A stretch of 64,000 bases of DNA from Scyliorhinus canicula (GCF_902713615.1 NC_052158.1:43239159-43303158); one strand, 5' to 3'. Positions 33,901 through 47,287 are shown, numbered from the stretch's first letter. Notes: generated by a model not told the origin, from the letters alone. Numbers and translations are program-made.

Positions 33901-36443
33901 TTGGTTCGGACCTTTAACGAGGCATGGGAGGGGGGAGTTATGCCCCCGACGATGTCACGGGCGCTGATTTCCCTGATTCTGAAGCGTGATAAGGACCCCT
34001 TGCAGTGCGGATCATACAGGCCGATTACACTGCTGAATGTGGATGCCAAGTTGCTGGCGAAGATCTTGGCCTCTAGAATAGAGGACTGTGTGCCGGGGGT
34101 GATACATGAAGATCAGACGGGTTTTGTGAAGGGGAGGCAGATGAACACTAACATGCGAAGGCTGCTAAATGTGATAATGATGCCGGCAGCAGAAGGAGAG
34201 GCGGAGATTGTGGTGGCATTGGATGTGGAGAAGGCCTTCTATAGTGTTGAATGGGGGTACTTGTGGGAGGTGTTAGAGAGGTTCGGGTTCGGGGAGGGGC
34301 TTATTAAATGGGTGAGATTGCTGTACGAGGCCCCGATGGCGAGTATAGTAACAAACGGGAGGAGGTCCGAGTACTTCAGGCTCTACCGTGGGATGAGGCA
34401 GGGGTGCCCCCTGTCCCCCTTCTTGCGTTGGCAATTGAGCCTCTGGCCATGGCGCTCAGGGAGTCGGGGAGGTGGAGGGGTCTGGTGCGGGATGGGGAGG
34501 AGCACCGAGTGTCACTTTATGCAGATGACTTGCTGATGTATGTAGCAGACACGGTGGGGGAAAGGCCGGAGGTGATGGAGATTCTTGCTGAGTTTGGGAG
34601 TTTCTCGGGCTATAAGTTGAACCTGGGCAAGAGTGAGCTATTTGTCGTCCACCCGGGAGATCAGGAGAAGGGGATTGGTAGGCTCCCGCTAAAAAGGGCA
34701 GTGAGGAGTTTTAGGTACCTGGGGGTTCAGGTGGCTAGGAGCTGGGGGACTCTGCACAAGCTCAATTTTATTAGGTTGGTGGAGCAGATGGAGGAGGAAT
34801 TTAAAAGGTGGGACATGCTGCCGCTGTCATTGGCGGGTAGAGTACAGTCCGTTAAAATGACGGTGCTCCCGAGGTTTTTGTTTTTGTTTCAGTGCCTCCC
34901 CATTTTCATTCCGAGGGCCTTTTTTAGGAGGGTGAACAGCAGCATCATGGGATTTGTTTGGGCGCACGGGACTCCGAGGGTGAGGAGGGTCTTTTTGGAG
35001 CGGGGCAGGGATAGAGGGGGGCTGGCACTGCCCAACCTCTCTGGGTACTATTGGGCGGCTAATGTCTCAATGGTGCGCAAGTGGGTAATGGATGGGGAGG
35101 GGGCAGCATGGAAACGGATGGAGATGGTGTCCTGTGGAGGCACGAGCCTGAAGGCACTGGTAACGGCGCCGTTGCCGCTCCCTCCAACGAGGTACACTAC
35201 GAGCCTGGTGGTGGCGGCTACCCTCAAGATTTGGGGGCAGTGGAGGCGACACAGGGGGGAAGTGGGGGGCTCGGTGGAGGCCCCGCTGCGGGGGAACCAC
35301 TGGTTTGTCCCAGGGAACATTGATGGCGGGTTCCTAGGGTGACACAGGGAGGGCATAAGGAAGTTGGGAGACCTGTTCATTGACGGGAGGTTTGTGAGCC
35401 TGGGTGAGCTGGAGGAGAAGTTTGAGCTCCCCCCGGGGAATATGTTCAGGTACCTTCAGGTCAAGGCGTTTGCTAGGCGGCAGGTGGAGGGATTCCCTTC
35501 ACTGCCCCCGCGGGGGGTAAGGGATAGGGTGCTCTTGGGGGTATGGGTCGGGGATGGGAAGGTGTCTGACATCTTCCAGGTGATGCAGGAGGTGGAGGAG
35601 GCGTCGGTAGAGGAGCTGAAGGCTAAGTGGGAAGTGGAGCTGGGGGAGCAGATTGAGGAGGGGACATGGGCGGATGCCCTGGAGAGGGTGAACTCCTCCT
35701 CTTCATTTGTGAGGCTTAGCCTCATCCAGTACTGCAAAGGCTCATATGTCCGGGACGAGGATGAGCAGGTTTTTTGGGGGTGAGGACGGGTGCATTAGGT
35801 GTTCGGGGAGCCCAGCAAACCATACCCATATGTTTTGGGCATGCCCGGCACTGGGGGAATTCTGGAAGGGGGTAGCAAGGACGGTGTTGAGGGTGGTAGG
35901 ATCCAGGGTCAAACCAGGCTGGGGACTCGCGATATTTGGGGTTGGAGTGGAGCCGGGAGTGCAGGAGGCGAAAGAGGCCGGTGTTTTGGCCTTTGCGTCC
36001 CTAGTAGCCCGGCGGAGGATCTTGTTGCATTGAAAAGATGCGAGACCCCCAAGAGTGGAGACCTGGATCAATGACATGGCGGGATTCATTAAGCTGGAGA
36101 AGGTCAAATTCGCCCTGAGGGGATCGGTACAGGGGTTCTTTAGGCGGTGGCAGCCTTTCCTCGACTTTCTGGCTCAACGATAAGGAACTAGGCCAGCGGC
36201 AGCAGCAACCCGGGGGGGAGGGGGGGAAAAAGGTGGGGGGGGGGGTTTCAGGGGGGCATTGTTTATGTTAATTTAATTTATTGTTAATTTATTTTGTTGT
36301 TTATTGGGTTGGGGGGGTGTGGGGGTTCATTATATGCGTTGTTATGGGTGCCGGGGGGTGTTTATTATTGTTATTGTTATTATTTTTATTGTTTTGTTGT
36401 TATACATTTTTCAAAAATCTGAATAAAAATTATTTTTTAAAAA
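30912..36443 (+). mobile_element. Full-length L1-clade LINE, disabled, with 18-bp TSD
   Basis: ORF1 31060-31770 (coiled coil + RRM, C-terminal deletion); ORF2 about 32398-36183 (TWNVRGL, QETH, YADD) with frameshifts; AATAAA and A tail; ACAACATTCAGGAATGGA at 30894-30911 and 36444-36461. Confidence 0.95.
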
Positions 36444-39323
36444 ACAACATTCAGGAATGGAGTTGCCTGGGGAACTGGAGTTGTGGGATGACAACACTTT
36501 TGGACCATTACAGTCTGCATTCCTTAGTGGTTAAAAATAGATGTCTCCAAGGCATTAAGACTAGTGTTTCCTGATTGGGATCAAGGGGTAACAACATATA
36601 CGGCATTAGTACTCGATACGCTCAAATCGATAGAGATTCTAAAATCCAGGTTTTTCAAACAGAGACGCAACCTAAAGGGAAAACAGTTTAAACCGGTTAA
36701 AATGCCGTGTATAATTCAAATGCTTCTCAAGAATCAAAAATTAAAAAAGGGAAATGTTATTTTTGTGGGAAAGAAGGAAACTGGGCTAGGTCATGCAAAG
36801 CTAGATTATAAGAATGGCAAGAACAATATGTGCCTACAAACCCGGCTCCTGCTACCAACTCCAAACACCTACATATCATCCACAATTTCCACCACCCCGC
36901 TCCGTGGAGGATTGGGCTGAGTGGGACGCGTTAAAAAAATTATCACCACAACATAGAGCTGCACTACTGGAAATGTCAAAAAACTAGAAACGCCCACCCT
37001 CAGCCCCTCCATCCCTGCCTCTATTCACGCCTTGCTTGAAAATAGAAGAGATGGATTAATGTATTAATGAGGGCGGACGGTATGGAAGTGGACTGCCTCT
37101 TCAATACAGGAGCAGAATTATCATGTTTTCTGTCGGAATTTGAAAGGATATTTCCTTTGGATTACAAACAGACTGTGACTCATGGAATAGAGGGGGATCC
37201 AGTGACTATTAAAGGAACTAAATCTATGTCAATAGAATTTGGTCCTCATGAATTAATTCCCCCAGTCTGGATAGGCGAAGTGGATCAGGCCAATCTGGGT
37301 TTGGATATTATATCCCAACAGAATTCTTCCCTCAGCTTTGAAAATGGAAAAATAACATGGGCAGTTAGAACATTCAGGAAAGATCAGCTTTACGAATACC
37401 AGTTCTGGGCCAAAGATAGGAACGATTGTGGATTATTACATAGGGAACCAGCATCATTCACTGGCTCTGCTCCACCGTGCATGAAACAATACCCTATCGA
37501 CCCATCCTCAATTGAAGGGCTTTTGTCCAGAATAAAACAGTTAAAAGAAAGAGGGGTATTGATCAAAATACACATTGCATCAAACAGTCCAATTGGCCTG
37601 TGAAAAAGGCAAATGGCGCATGGCATTTGACTGTTGATTACCGAAAAGCAAATCATTGTACTGATAAAAAAACTCCTTTGGCACCCGACCTCACGACGAT
37701 TTTCAAAACTCTTACGCCAGAACATGAATGGTTCTCGGTTATTGATTTGGCTAATAACTTCTGGTCAGAACCAATAGCACAGGAGGTGCAACCTTCATTT
37801 GCATTTACTATTCAACAGCAACAGTACACATGGACAAGATTACCATAAGGTTTTCACAACAGTCCTACTGTATTCCATATGGCATTGCAAAATCATTTGA
37901 GGGAATTACCTGAGGTGCCCTCTACCATTATCCAGTATGTAGATGACATTCTGTTAGTCACTATTAAGGAAGAAGGTCACAAAAAGGATTTGCATATGTT
38001 GTTAAACCATCTCAGTAAAAGGAGTCATAGAGCCAACATGGGCAAAGCACAAATTGCTCAGAATGGAGTAATCTATTTAGGTCAGAAAATTTCAAAAGGC
38101 AAAAGAGAATTGACCCAAGATAGAACAGGAGCAATTCAAACTGCAAAAACCTGGCAATATTGAAGAGCTCAGATCATTTTTTGGGTTATGTAACTTCAAT
38201 AGAAATTAGATTGACTCATATATCCATTAGGCACAACCTCTCTTTGATATATTAAAGGGAAGCTGAAAGTCAAAAGAGGAAATTGCTCTTACAACAGAAC
38301 AGGAAAACAACTTTGAGGATTTAAAGCAGGCCTTGTGTTCAGTACCAGCCTTAGGCACACCGAATAGTGGAAAACCATTCATCCTATTTGTTCATGAAAA
38401 AGAAGCATATATGACAGCAATTTTAACACAGGATCATGAGGATCAGCAGAGACCAATTGGGTACTATTCAGGAAGACTGGATCCAGTAGCCCTTGGATGC
38501 GGGTGTTGTCTGAGAGCTGTAGAAGCCACATGTAAAGCTGTAACAGCAACTGCAGGCATTATTCTGGACCAAAAATTAATCATTAAATGCCATCACATGG
38601 ATTATGCATTACTTTCAATAAATAGAGTCACACTAGTCACCTCAGCCAGGTGGGCAAAAGGGACAACAATCTTGCAAGCGGCCAACCTTTATTTTCAAAA
38701 ACCAAGCCCAGTAAACCCATCATCCTTACTCCCGCTCCCTGGGGAACAAAAGGGGGGTGAAGAAGAGCATGACTGTGTTGAGACAATGAAGGAGATGGAG
38801 GGGGCATGTTTAGTAGAGGAAGAACCATTACAGAACCCAGATCTAATGTTATTTACAGATGGGTCCTCTTTCGTGGAAAAGAATATTTGAAAGGCAGGAT
38901 GGGCAGACACAAGTCTGTATCCTGTTAAGGCAGAAGGAAAATTACCCTCAGGAATCTCAGCCCAACAAGCTGAGCTTAAAGCCCTAGCTGAAGCCTGTCA
39001 GGTGGCAAAAGATCAAACAGCTAACATTTATACAGGCTCGAGACATGGCTTTGGAATAGCTCATGGTTTTGGTCAAATATGGAAGAAAAGAGGGTTCCTC
39101 ACTGCTGTAGAGACACCTATTCGAAATGGGGATGAGGTACGCAATCTATTAGAAGCTTTAAAGTTGCCAAAAGAAGTAGCTATTTTAAAATGTATGGCCC
39201 ATACCAAGAAGCCACCTCAGAAGCACAGGGAAATGCCCTTGCAGATCAAACAGCAAAAGAAGCTGCTCCATTATGCAATTCTTCAGAAAAGTTCAAACAA
39301 ATTTGTCAACTAGGAGTACACAG

Positions 39324-39547
39324 GGGTCAGCACGGTGGCACAGTGGTTAGCATTGCTGCCTACGGCACTGAGGACCCGGGTTCGAATCCCGGCCCTGGGT
39401 CACTGTCCGCGTGGAGTTTGCACATTCTCCCCGTGTCTGCGTGGGTTTCACCCCCACAACCCAAAGATGTGCAGGGTAGGTAGATTGGCCACTCTAAATT
39501 GCCCCTTAATTGGAAAAACATAATTGGGTACGCTAAATTTAAAAAAA
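39324..39547 (+). mobile_element. Short A-tailed SINE with 16-bp TSD
   Basis: AACTAGGAGTACACAG at 39308-39323 and 39548-39563. Confidence 0.92.
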
Positions 39548-41991
39548 AACTAGGAGTACACAGAACATAGAACATAGAACATTACAGCGCAGTACAGGCC
39601 CTTCGGCCCTCGATGTTGCGCCATCCTGTGAAACCCCTCTAAAGTCCCTCTACACTGTTCCCTTATCGTCCATATGCCTATCCGATGAACATTTGAATGT
39701 GTTTAGTGTTGACGAGTCCACTACTGTTGCAGGCAGGGCGTTCCACGCCCTTACTACTCTCTGAGTAAAGAACCTACCTCTGACATCTTTCCTATATCTA
39801 TCTCCCCTCAATTTAAAGATATGTCCCCTCGTGCTGGACATCACCATCTGAGGAAAAAGGCTCTCAATGTCCACCCTATCTAATCCTCTGATCATCTTGT
39901 ATGCCTCAATTAAGTCACCTCTTATCCTTCTTCTCTCTAATGAAAACAGCCTCAAGTCCTTCAGCCTTTCCTCATATGATATTCCCTCCATACCAGGCAA
40001 CATCCTTGTAAATCTCCTCTGTACCCTTTCCAATGCTTCCACATCCTTCCTATAATGTGGCGACCAGAACTGCACGCAATACTCCAAATGCGGCCGCACT
40101 ACAGTTTTGTACAAATGCAATATGAACTCATGGCTCCAAAACTCAATTCCTCTACCAATAAAAGCTAACACACCGTACGCCTTCTTAACAGCCCTCTCAA
40201 TCTGGGTGGTAACTTTCAGGGATCAATGGACATGGACACCGAGATCTCTCTGCTCGTCCACACTACCAAGAATCTTATCATTAGCCCAGTACTCTGTCTT
40301 CCTATTATTCCTTCCAAAATGAATCACCGCACACCTTATCTGCATTAAATTCCATTTGCCACCTGTCAGCCCAGCTCTGCAGCTTATCTATATCCCTCTG
40401 TAATTTGTAACATCCTTCTGCACTGTCCACAACTCCACCGACTTTAGTGTCATCTGCAAATTTACTCACCCATCCTTCTATGCCCTCCTCCAGGTCATTT
40501 ATAAAAATGAAAAACAGCAGCGGTCCCAAAACAGATCCTTGTGGTACACCACTAGTAACTGGACACCAGTCAGAACATTTACCATCAACCACCACCCTTT
40601 GTCTTTTATCAGCTAGCCAATTTCTGATCCAAACTGCTAAATCACCCTGAATCCCATGCCTCTGTATTTTCTGCAATAGCCTACCGTGGGGAACCTTATC
40701 AAACGCTTTACTGAAATCCATATACACCACATCAACTGCTTTACCCTCATCCAACTGTTTGGTCACCTTCTCGAAGAACTCAATGAGGTTTGTGAGGCAC
40801 GACCTACCCTTCACAAAACCATGTTGACTATCTCTAATCAAATTATTCCTTTCCAGATGATTATACATCCTATCTCTTATAAACCTTTCTAAGACTTTTC
40901 CCACAACAGAAGTAAGGCTCATTGGTCTATAGTTACCAGGGTTATCTCTACTCCCCTTCTTGAACAAGGGGACAACATTTGCTATCCTCCAGTCCTCTCA
41001 CACTATTCCTGTAGACAAAGATGACTTAAAGATCAAAGCCAAAGGCTCAGCAATCTCATCCCTAGCTTCCCAGAGAATCCTAGGATAAATCCCATCCGGC
41101 CCTGGGGACTTATCTATTTTCACACTTTCCAGAATCGCTAACACCTCCTCCTTATGAACCTCAAGCCCTTCTAGTCTAGTAGCCTCTATCTCAGTATTCT
41201 CCTCAACAACTTTGTCTTTTTCCTGTGTGAATACTGACGAAAAATACTCATTTAGCACCTCTCCTATCTCCTCAGACTCCACGCACTATTTCCCACCACT
41301 GTCCTTGACTGGTCCTACTCTTACCTTAGTCATTCTTTTATTCCTGACATACCTATAGAAAGTTTTAGGGTTATCCTTGATCCTACCTGCCAAAGACTTC
41401 TCATGTCCTCGCTTGGCTCTTCTTAGCTCTCTCTTTAGAGCCTTCCTAGATAACTTGTAACTCTCAAGCGACCCAACTGAACCATCACGTCTCATCTTCA
41501 CATAAGCCTCCTTCTTCCTCTTGACAAGTGATTCAACTGCTTTGGTAACCCATGGTTCCCTCACTCAACGACTTCCTCCCTGCCTAACAGGTACATACTT
41601 ATCAAGTACGCGCAGTAGCTGTTCCTTGAACATGCTCCACATTTCCATTATGTCCATCCCCTGCAGTTTTCCTCTCCAGCCGATGCATCCTAAGTCTTGC
41701 CTCATCGCATCATAATTGCCTTTCCCCCAGATATAACTCTTGCCCTGCAGTGTATACCTATCCCTTTCCATCATTAAAGTAAATGTAATCGAATTGTGGT
41801 CACTATCACCAAAGTGCTCACCTACCTCCAAATCTAACACCTGTCCTGGTTCATTACCCAGTACCAATTCCAAAACGGCCTCGCCTCTTGTTGGCCTATC
41901 TACATACTGTGGAGATGCCGGCGTTGGACTGGGGTGAGCACAGTAAGAAGTCTTACAACACCAGGTTAAAGTCCAACAGGTTTGTTTCAAA

Positions 41992-42026
41992 CACGAGCTT
42001 TCGGAGCACGGCTCCTTCTTCAGGTG
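41992..42026 (-). ncRNA. Minimal type I hammerhead ribozyme (downstream pseudo-LTR)
   Basis: Minus strand: CAC CTGAAGA A GGAGC cgt GCTCC GAAA GCTC GTG. Confidence 0.85.
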
Positions 42027-42170
42027 AATGGAAAGGCTTGTTCCAGAAATGTTTATATAGACACAGTCAGAGATGCCCGGAATGCGAGCACCTGCAGGCA
42101 ATCAAATCATCAAAGATGCAGAGAGAGAGGTAACTCCAGGTTAAAGAGGTGTGAATTGTCCCAAGCCAGT

Positions 42171-44888
42171 TCAGTCGGTAGGCCTCTGCAAGTCCAGGCT
42201 TGTTGGTGGGGGCCGAATGTAATGCGACATGAATCCCAGATCCCGGTTGAGTCCGCATTCATGCGTGCGGAACTTAGCTATAAGTTTTTGCTCAGCAATT
42301 TTGCGTTGTCGCGTCTCCTGAAGGCCTCCTTGTAGAATGCTGACCCGGAGATCAGAGGCTGAATGTCCTTGACTGCTGAAGTGTTCCCCAACTGGAAGGG
42401 AACAGTCCTGCCTGTTGATAGTCGCACGATGCCCGTTTATTCGTTGTCGCAGTGTCTGCATGGTCTCGCCAATGTACCACGCTTCGGGACATCCTTTCCT
42501 GCAGCGTATGAGGTAGACTACATTGGTCGAGTCGCACGAGTATGCGCCGCGTACCTGGTGGGTGGTGTTTCCACGTGTAATGGTGGTGTCCATGTCGATG
42601 ATCTGGCATGTCTTGCAGAGATTACCCTGGCAGGGTTTTGTGGTGTTGTGGTTGCTGTTCTGAAGGCTGGGTAATTTGCTGCAAACAATGGTTTGTTTGA
42701 GGTTGCGCGGTTGTTTGAAGGCCAGTAGTGGGGGTGTGGGGATGACCTTGGCAAGATGTCCATCCTCGCTGATGATGTGTTGGAGGCTGCGAAGAAGATG
42801 TCGTAGTTTCTCCGCCCCAGGAAAGTACTGGACGACGAAGGGTACTCTGTCAGTGGTGTCCCGTGTTTGTCTTCTGAGGAGGTCGGTGCGGTTTTTTGCT
42901 GTGGCGCGGTGGAACTGTCGATCAATGAGTCGAGCGCCATATCCCGTTCGTACGAGGGCATCTTTCAGCATCTGTAGGTGTCTGTTGCGCTCCTCCTTGT
43001 CTGAGCAGATCCTGTGTATACGGAGGGCTTGTCCATAGGGGATGGCTTCTTTAATGTGTTTCGGGTGAAAGCTGGAGAAGTGGAGCATCGTGAGATTATC
43101 TGTGGGCTTGCGGTAAAGCGAGGTGCTGAGGTGACCGTCCTTGATGGAGACGAGTGTGTCCAAGAATGGAACTGAATTTGGAGAATAGTCCATGGTGAGT
43201 TTGATGGTGGGATGGAACTTATTGATGTCATCGTGTAGTCGTTTCAGTGATGTCTCGCCGTGGGTCCAAAGGAAAAAAATGTCATCGATGTATCTGGTGT
43301 ATAGCATCGGTTGAAAGTCCTGTGTGGTGAGGAAGTCCTGTTCAAACTTGTGCATGAAGATGTTGGCATATTGAGGTGCAAATTTGGTCCCCATGGCTGT
43401 TCCGTGCGTCTGGATGAAGAATTTGTTGTCGAAGGTGAAGACGTTGTGGTCTAGAATGAAACGGATGAGTTGCAGAATTGCGTCTGGAGATTGGCAGTTG
43501 TCGGTGTTGAGGACTGAGGCTGTTGCAGCAATGCCGTCGTCATGGGGGATGCTGGTGTAGAGTGCCGAGACATCCATTGTGACGAGGAATGTTCCTGGTT
43601 CAACTGGTCCATGGGTGCTGAGTTTCTGTAGGAAGTCCGTCGTGTCGCGACAGAAGCTGGGTGTACCTTGTACGATGGGTTTCAAGATGCCCTCGATGTG
43701 GCCAGAGAGGTTCTCACACAGGGTCCCATTGCCTGAAACGATAGGACGGCCTGGTGTGTTGGCCTTGTGTATTTTCGGGAGGCAGTAGAGATCTCCAATG
43801 CGGGGATTACGTGGGATGAGAGCACGTAGGGTGTTCTGAAGGTCTGGATCTAAGGTCTTGATCAGTCTGCTGAGTTGGCGGATGTGTTCCTTGGTTGGAT
43901 CTGCGGGTAACTGCCTGTAGTGTTCCTGGTTGTCGAGTTGTCGGTATACTTCTTTGCAGTAGTCTGTTCTGTTCAGTATGACGGTGGCCCCTCCTTTGTC
44001 TGCTGGTTTGATGACGATGTTGCGGTTGGTCTTGAGAGTGCGGATGGCGTTGCGTTGTGCTTGGGTGACGTTTGAGGCTGCCTTGTGATTGCGAGTGATG
44101 AATCTGGCATTGACACGACTTCTGACGGCTTGAGCATACATGTCGAGTCTAGGGCAGCGGCCTTCCGGAGGGGTCCAATTTGACTCTTTCCTTTTCGGTT
44201 GCTGCACTGCAGATCTCGCGGTCTGCTGTTCCGGTTCATTGGTCGTGTCCCTGGGTTCGCTGTCGGCCTCTTGGGGTCTGTGGAAGAATTCCCGGAGCCT
44301 CATTCGCCTGATGAATTCCTCCGTATCTGCCGCAAGACTGATGGGGTCCATTTTGGTGGTGGTGCAGAAATTGAGCCCTCTGCTGAGGACTTCGATTTCG
44401 TCTGGTTGAAGGGTGTAGTCTGACAAGTTGACAATGGATTTCCCTGTATTGTTTTCGACTGTTGTACCGGGAGAAGCTTGATTGCTGCTGGTGGTGATGC
44501 CAAGTTTCTCAAGCTTCCTGTTCTTGGTGTGCATGTAGGTGGCATAGTATTGCTGTCTCATCTGTTTGGCGGTGTTCCGCAGCTGGTCTGCTGTGTCCTG
44601 AGCGCAAGTTGAGAATATGGCCTCTCTCTTGGTTTCCAGGTTGCGTCGACTGCTGTAGAGTTGGTGTACGAGGTGTTTGAGGAGTGTGACAGAGGTGCGG
44701 TGGCAGAGTCTTTCAGCGTAGTCTGTGTTGTAAGTCGACTTGAGTGGGTTTTTGATCTGTAGTCCTTTCGGGATCTTGTCTGCTTTTTTGCATCTTTGTA
44801 GAAACTGAATGTCAGTGTCTATATGCGCGATCTTCCTGGAGATCCTCTCCACTTTGAGCCGGCAGTTTGCGGTGTCAATGGTAGCCAT
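42171..44888 (-). CDS. Intact PLE polyprotein (905 aa from ATG; RT plus GIY-YIG endonuclease)
   Basis: Uninterrupted ORF; RT motifs DVSALYTSIP, GTAMG, RYIDD; Cys cluster PCQGNLCKTC before VVYLIRC...WYIGET. Confidence 0.95.
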   Translation of the reverse strand: MATIDTANCRLKVERISRKIAHIDTDIQFLQRCKKADKIPKGLQIKNPLKSTYNTDYAERLCHRTSVTLLKHLVHQLYSSRRNLETKREAIFSTCAQDTADQLRNTAKQMRQQYYATYMHTKNRKLEKLGITTSSNQASPGTTVENNTGKSIVNLSDYTLQPDEIEVLSRGLNFCTTTKMDPISLAADTEEFIRRMRLREFFHRPQEADSEPRDTTNEPEQQTARSAVQQPKRKESNWTPPEGRCPRLDMYAQAVRSRVNARFITRNHKAASNVTQAQRNAIRTLKTNRNIVIKPADKGGATVILNRTDYCKEVYRQLDNQEHYRQLPADPTKEHIRQLSRLIKTLDPDLQNTLRALIPRNPRIGDLYCLPKIHKANTPGRPIVSGNGTLCENLSGHIEGILKPIVQGTPSFCRDTTDFLQKLSTHGPVEPGTFLVTMDVSALYTSIPHDDGIAATASVLNTDNCQSPDAILQLIRFILDHNVFTFDNKFFIQTHGTAMGTKFAPQYANIFMHKFEQDFLTTQDFQPMLYTRYIDDIFFLWTHGETSLKRLHDDINKFHPTIKLTMDYSPNSVPFLDTLVSIKDGHLSTSLYRKPTDNLTMLHFSSFHPKHIKEAIPYGQALRIHRICSDKEERNRHLQMLKDALVRTGYGARLIDRQFHRATAKNRTDLLRRQTRDTTDRVPFVVQYFPGAEKLRHLLRSLQHIISEDGHLAKVIPTPPLLAFKQPRNLKQTIVCSKLPSLQNSNHNTTKPCQGNLCKTCQIIDMDTTITRGNTTHQVRGAYSCDSTNVVYLIRCRKGCPEAWYIGETMQTLRQRINGHRATINRQDCSLPVGEHFSSQGHSASDLRVSILQGGLQETRQRKIAEQKLIAKFRTHECGLNRDLGFMSHYIRPPPTSLDLQRPTD

Positions 44889-44974
44889 GATGTGGAGATG
44901 CCGGCGTTGGACTGGGGTGAGCACAGTAAGAAGTCTTACAACACCAGGTTAAAGTCCAACAGGTTTGTTTCAAA

Positions 44975-45009
44975 CACGAGCTTTCGGAGCACGGCTCCTT
45001 CTTCAGGTG
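44975..45009 (-). ncRNA. Minimal type I hammerhead ribozyme (upstream pseudo-LTR)
   Basis: Identical to 41992-42026, 2983 nt away in the same orientation. Confidence 0.85.
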
Positions 45010-45106
45010 AATGGAAAGGCTTGTTCCAGAAATGTTTATATAGACCCTTCAACCAGACGAAATCGAAGTCCTCAGCAGAGGGTTCAATTTCTGCACCACC
45101 ACCAAA

Positions 45107-47287
45107 ATGGACCCCATCAGTCTCGCGGCAGATACGGAGGAATTCATCAGGCGAATGAGGCTCCGGGAATTCTTCCACAGACCCCAAGAGGCCGACAGCG
45201 AACCCAGGGACACGACCAATGAACCGGAACAGCAGACCGCGAGATCTGCAGTGCAGCAACCGAAAAGGAAAGAGTCAAATTGGACCCCTCCGGAAGGCCG
45301 CTGCCCTAGACTCGACATGTATGCTCAAGCCGTCAGAAGTCGTGTCAATGCCAGATTCATCACTCGCAATCACAAGGCAGCCTCAAACGTCACCCAAGCA
45401 CAACGCAACGCCATCCGCACTCTCAAGACCAACCGCAACATCGTCATCAAACCAGCAGACAAAGGAGGGGCCACCGTCATACTGAACAGAACAGACTACT
45501 GCAAAGAAGTATACCGACAACTCGACAACCAGGAACACTACAGGCAGTTACCCGCAGATCCAACCAAGGAACACATCCGCCAACTCAGCAGACTGATCAA
45601 GACCTTAGATCCAGACCTTCAGAACACCCTACGTGCTCTCATCCCACGTAATCCCCGCATTGGAGATCTCTACTGCCTCCCGAAAATACACAAGGCCAAC
45701 ACACCAGGCCGTCCTATCGTTTCAGGCAATGGGACCCTGTGTGAGAACCTCTCTGGCCACATCGAGGGCATCTTGAAACCCATCGTACAAGGTACACCCA
45801 GCTTCTGTCGCGACACGACGGACTTCCTACAGAAACTCAGCACCCATGGACCAGTTGAACCAGGAACATTCCTCGTCACAATGGATGTCTCGGCACTCTA
45901 CACCAGCATCCCCCATGACGACGGCATTGCTGCAACAGCCTCAGTCCTCAACACCGACAACTGCCAATCTCCAGACGCAATTCTGCAACTCATCCGTTTC
46001 ATTCTAGACCACAACGTCTTCACCTTCGACAACAAATTCTTCATCCAGACGCACGGAACAGCCATGGGGACCAAATTTGCACCTCAATATGCCAACATCT
46101 TCATGCACAAGTTTGAACAGGACTTCCTCACCACACAGGACTTTCAACCGATGCTATACACCAGATACATCGATGACATTTTTTTCCTTTGGACCCACGG
46201 CGAGACATCACTGAAACGACTACACGATGACATCAATAAGTTCCATCCCACCATCAAACTCACCATGGACTATTCTCCAAATTCAGTTCCATTCTTGGAC
46301 ACACTCGTCTCCATCAAGGACGGTCACCTCAGCACCTCGCTTTACCGCAAGCCCACAGATAATCTCACGATGCTCCACTTCTCCAGCTTTCACCCGAAAC
46401 ACATTAAAGAAGCCATCCCCTATGGACAAGCCCTCCGTATACACAGGATCTGCTCAGACAAGGAGGAGCGCAACAGACACCTACAGATGCTGAAAGATGC
46501 CCTCGTACGAACGGGATATGGCGCTGGACTCATTGATCGACAGTTCCACCGCGCCGCAGCAAAAAACCGCACCGACCTCCTCAGAAGACAAACACGGGAC
46601 ACCACTGACAGAGTACCCTTCGTCGTCCAGTACTTTCCTGGGGCGGAGAAACTACGACATCTTCTTCGCAGCCTCCAACACATCATCAGCGAGGATGGAC
46701 ATCTTGCCAAGGTCATCCCCACACCCCCACTACTGGCCTTCAAACAACCGCGCAACCTCAAACAAACCATTGTTTGCAGCAAATTACCCAGCCTTCAGAA
46801 CAGCAACCACAACACCACAAAACCCTGCCAGGGTAATCTCTGCAAGACATGCCAGATCATCGACATGGACACCACCATTACACGTGGAAACACCACCCAC
46901 CAGGTACGCGGCGCATACTCGTGCGACTCGACCAATGTAGTCTACCTCATACGCTGCAGGAAAGGATGTCCCGAAGCGTGGTACATTGGCGAGACCATGC
47001 AGACACTGCGACAACGAATAAACGGGCATCGTGCGACTATCAACAGGCAGGACTGTTCCCTTCCAGTTGGGGAACACTTCAGCAGTCAAGGACATTCAGC
47101 CTCTGATCTCCGGGTCAGCATTCTACAAGGAGGCCTTCAGGAGACGCGACAACGCAAAATTGCTGAGCAAAAACTTATAGCTAAGTTCCGCACGCATGAA
47201 TGCGGACTCAACCGGGATCTGGGATTCATGTCGCATTACATTCGGCCCCCACCAACAAGCCTGGACTTGCAGAGGCCTACCGACTGA
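45107..47287 (+). CDS. N-terminally truncated copy of the PLE ORF (726 aa; RT and GIY-YIG intact)
   Basis: Same protein as the minus ORF from MDPISL onward, with two visible substitutions (R>G, T>A). Confidence 0.85.
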   Translation: MDPISLAADTEEFIRRMRLREFFHRPQEADSEPRDTTNEPEQQTARSAVQQPKRKESNWTPPEGRCPRLDMYAQAVRSRVNARFITRNHKAASNVTQAQRNAIRTLKTNRNIVIKPADKGGATVILNRTDYCKEVYRQLDNQEHYRQLPADPTKEHIRQLSRLIKTLDPDLQNTLRALIPRNPRIGDLYCLPKIHKANTPGRPIVSGNGTLCENLSGHIEGILKPIVQGTPSFCRDTTDFLQKLSTHGPVEPGTFLVTMDVSALYTSIPHDDGIAATASVLNTDNCQSPDAILQLIRFILDHNVFTFDNKFFIQTHGTAMGTKFAPQYANIFMHKFEQDFLTTQDFQPMLYTRYIDDIFFLWTHGETSLKRLHDDINKFHPTIKLTMDYSPNSVPFLDTLVSIKDGHLSTSLYRKPTDNLTMLHFSSFHPKHIKEAIPYGQALRIHRICSDKEERNRHLQMLKDALVRTGYGAGLIDRQFHRAAAKNRTDLLRRQTRDTTDRVPFVVQYFPGAEKLRHLLRSLQHIISEDGHLAKVIPTPPLLAFKQPRNLKQTIVCSKLPSLQNSNHNTTKPCQGNLCKTCQIIDMDTTITRGNTTHQVRGAYSCDSTNVVYLIRCRKGCPEAWYIGETMQTLRQRINGHRATINRQDCSLPVGEHFSSQGHSASDLRVSILQGGLQETRQRKIAEQKLIAKFRTHECGLNRDLGFMSHYIRPPPTSLDLQRPTD

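Larger units (their letters stand above)
25904..37050 (+). pseudogene. gag: ERV gag, in pieces (25904-26050, 29494-30564, 30874-30911, 36462-37050)
   Basis: Starts MGNSSITQG; frame rejoins across the CR1 insertion (IHDS|NGLL); coiled-coil at 29656-29859; degenerate zinc knuckle CYFCGKEGNWARSC at 36755-36796; stops present. Confidence 0.75.

Noticed and set aside
37037-37066. gag TAG read-through junction in frame with pro (TAG at 37043-37045)
   Set aside because: A second in-frame stop lies two codons upstream and gag is too decayed to fix its frame, so the junction type cannot be called.
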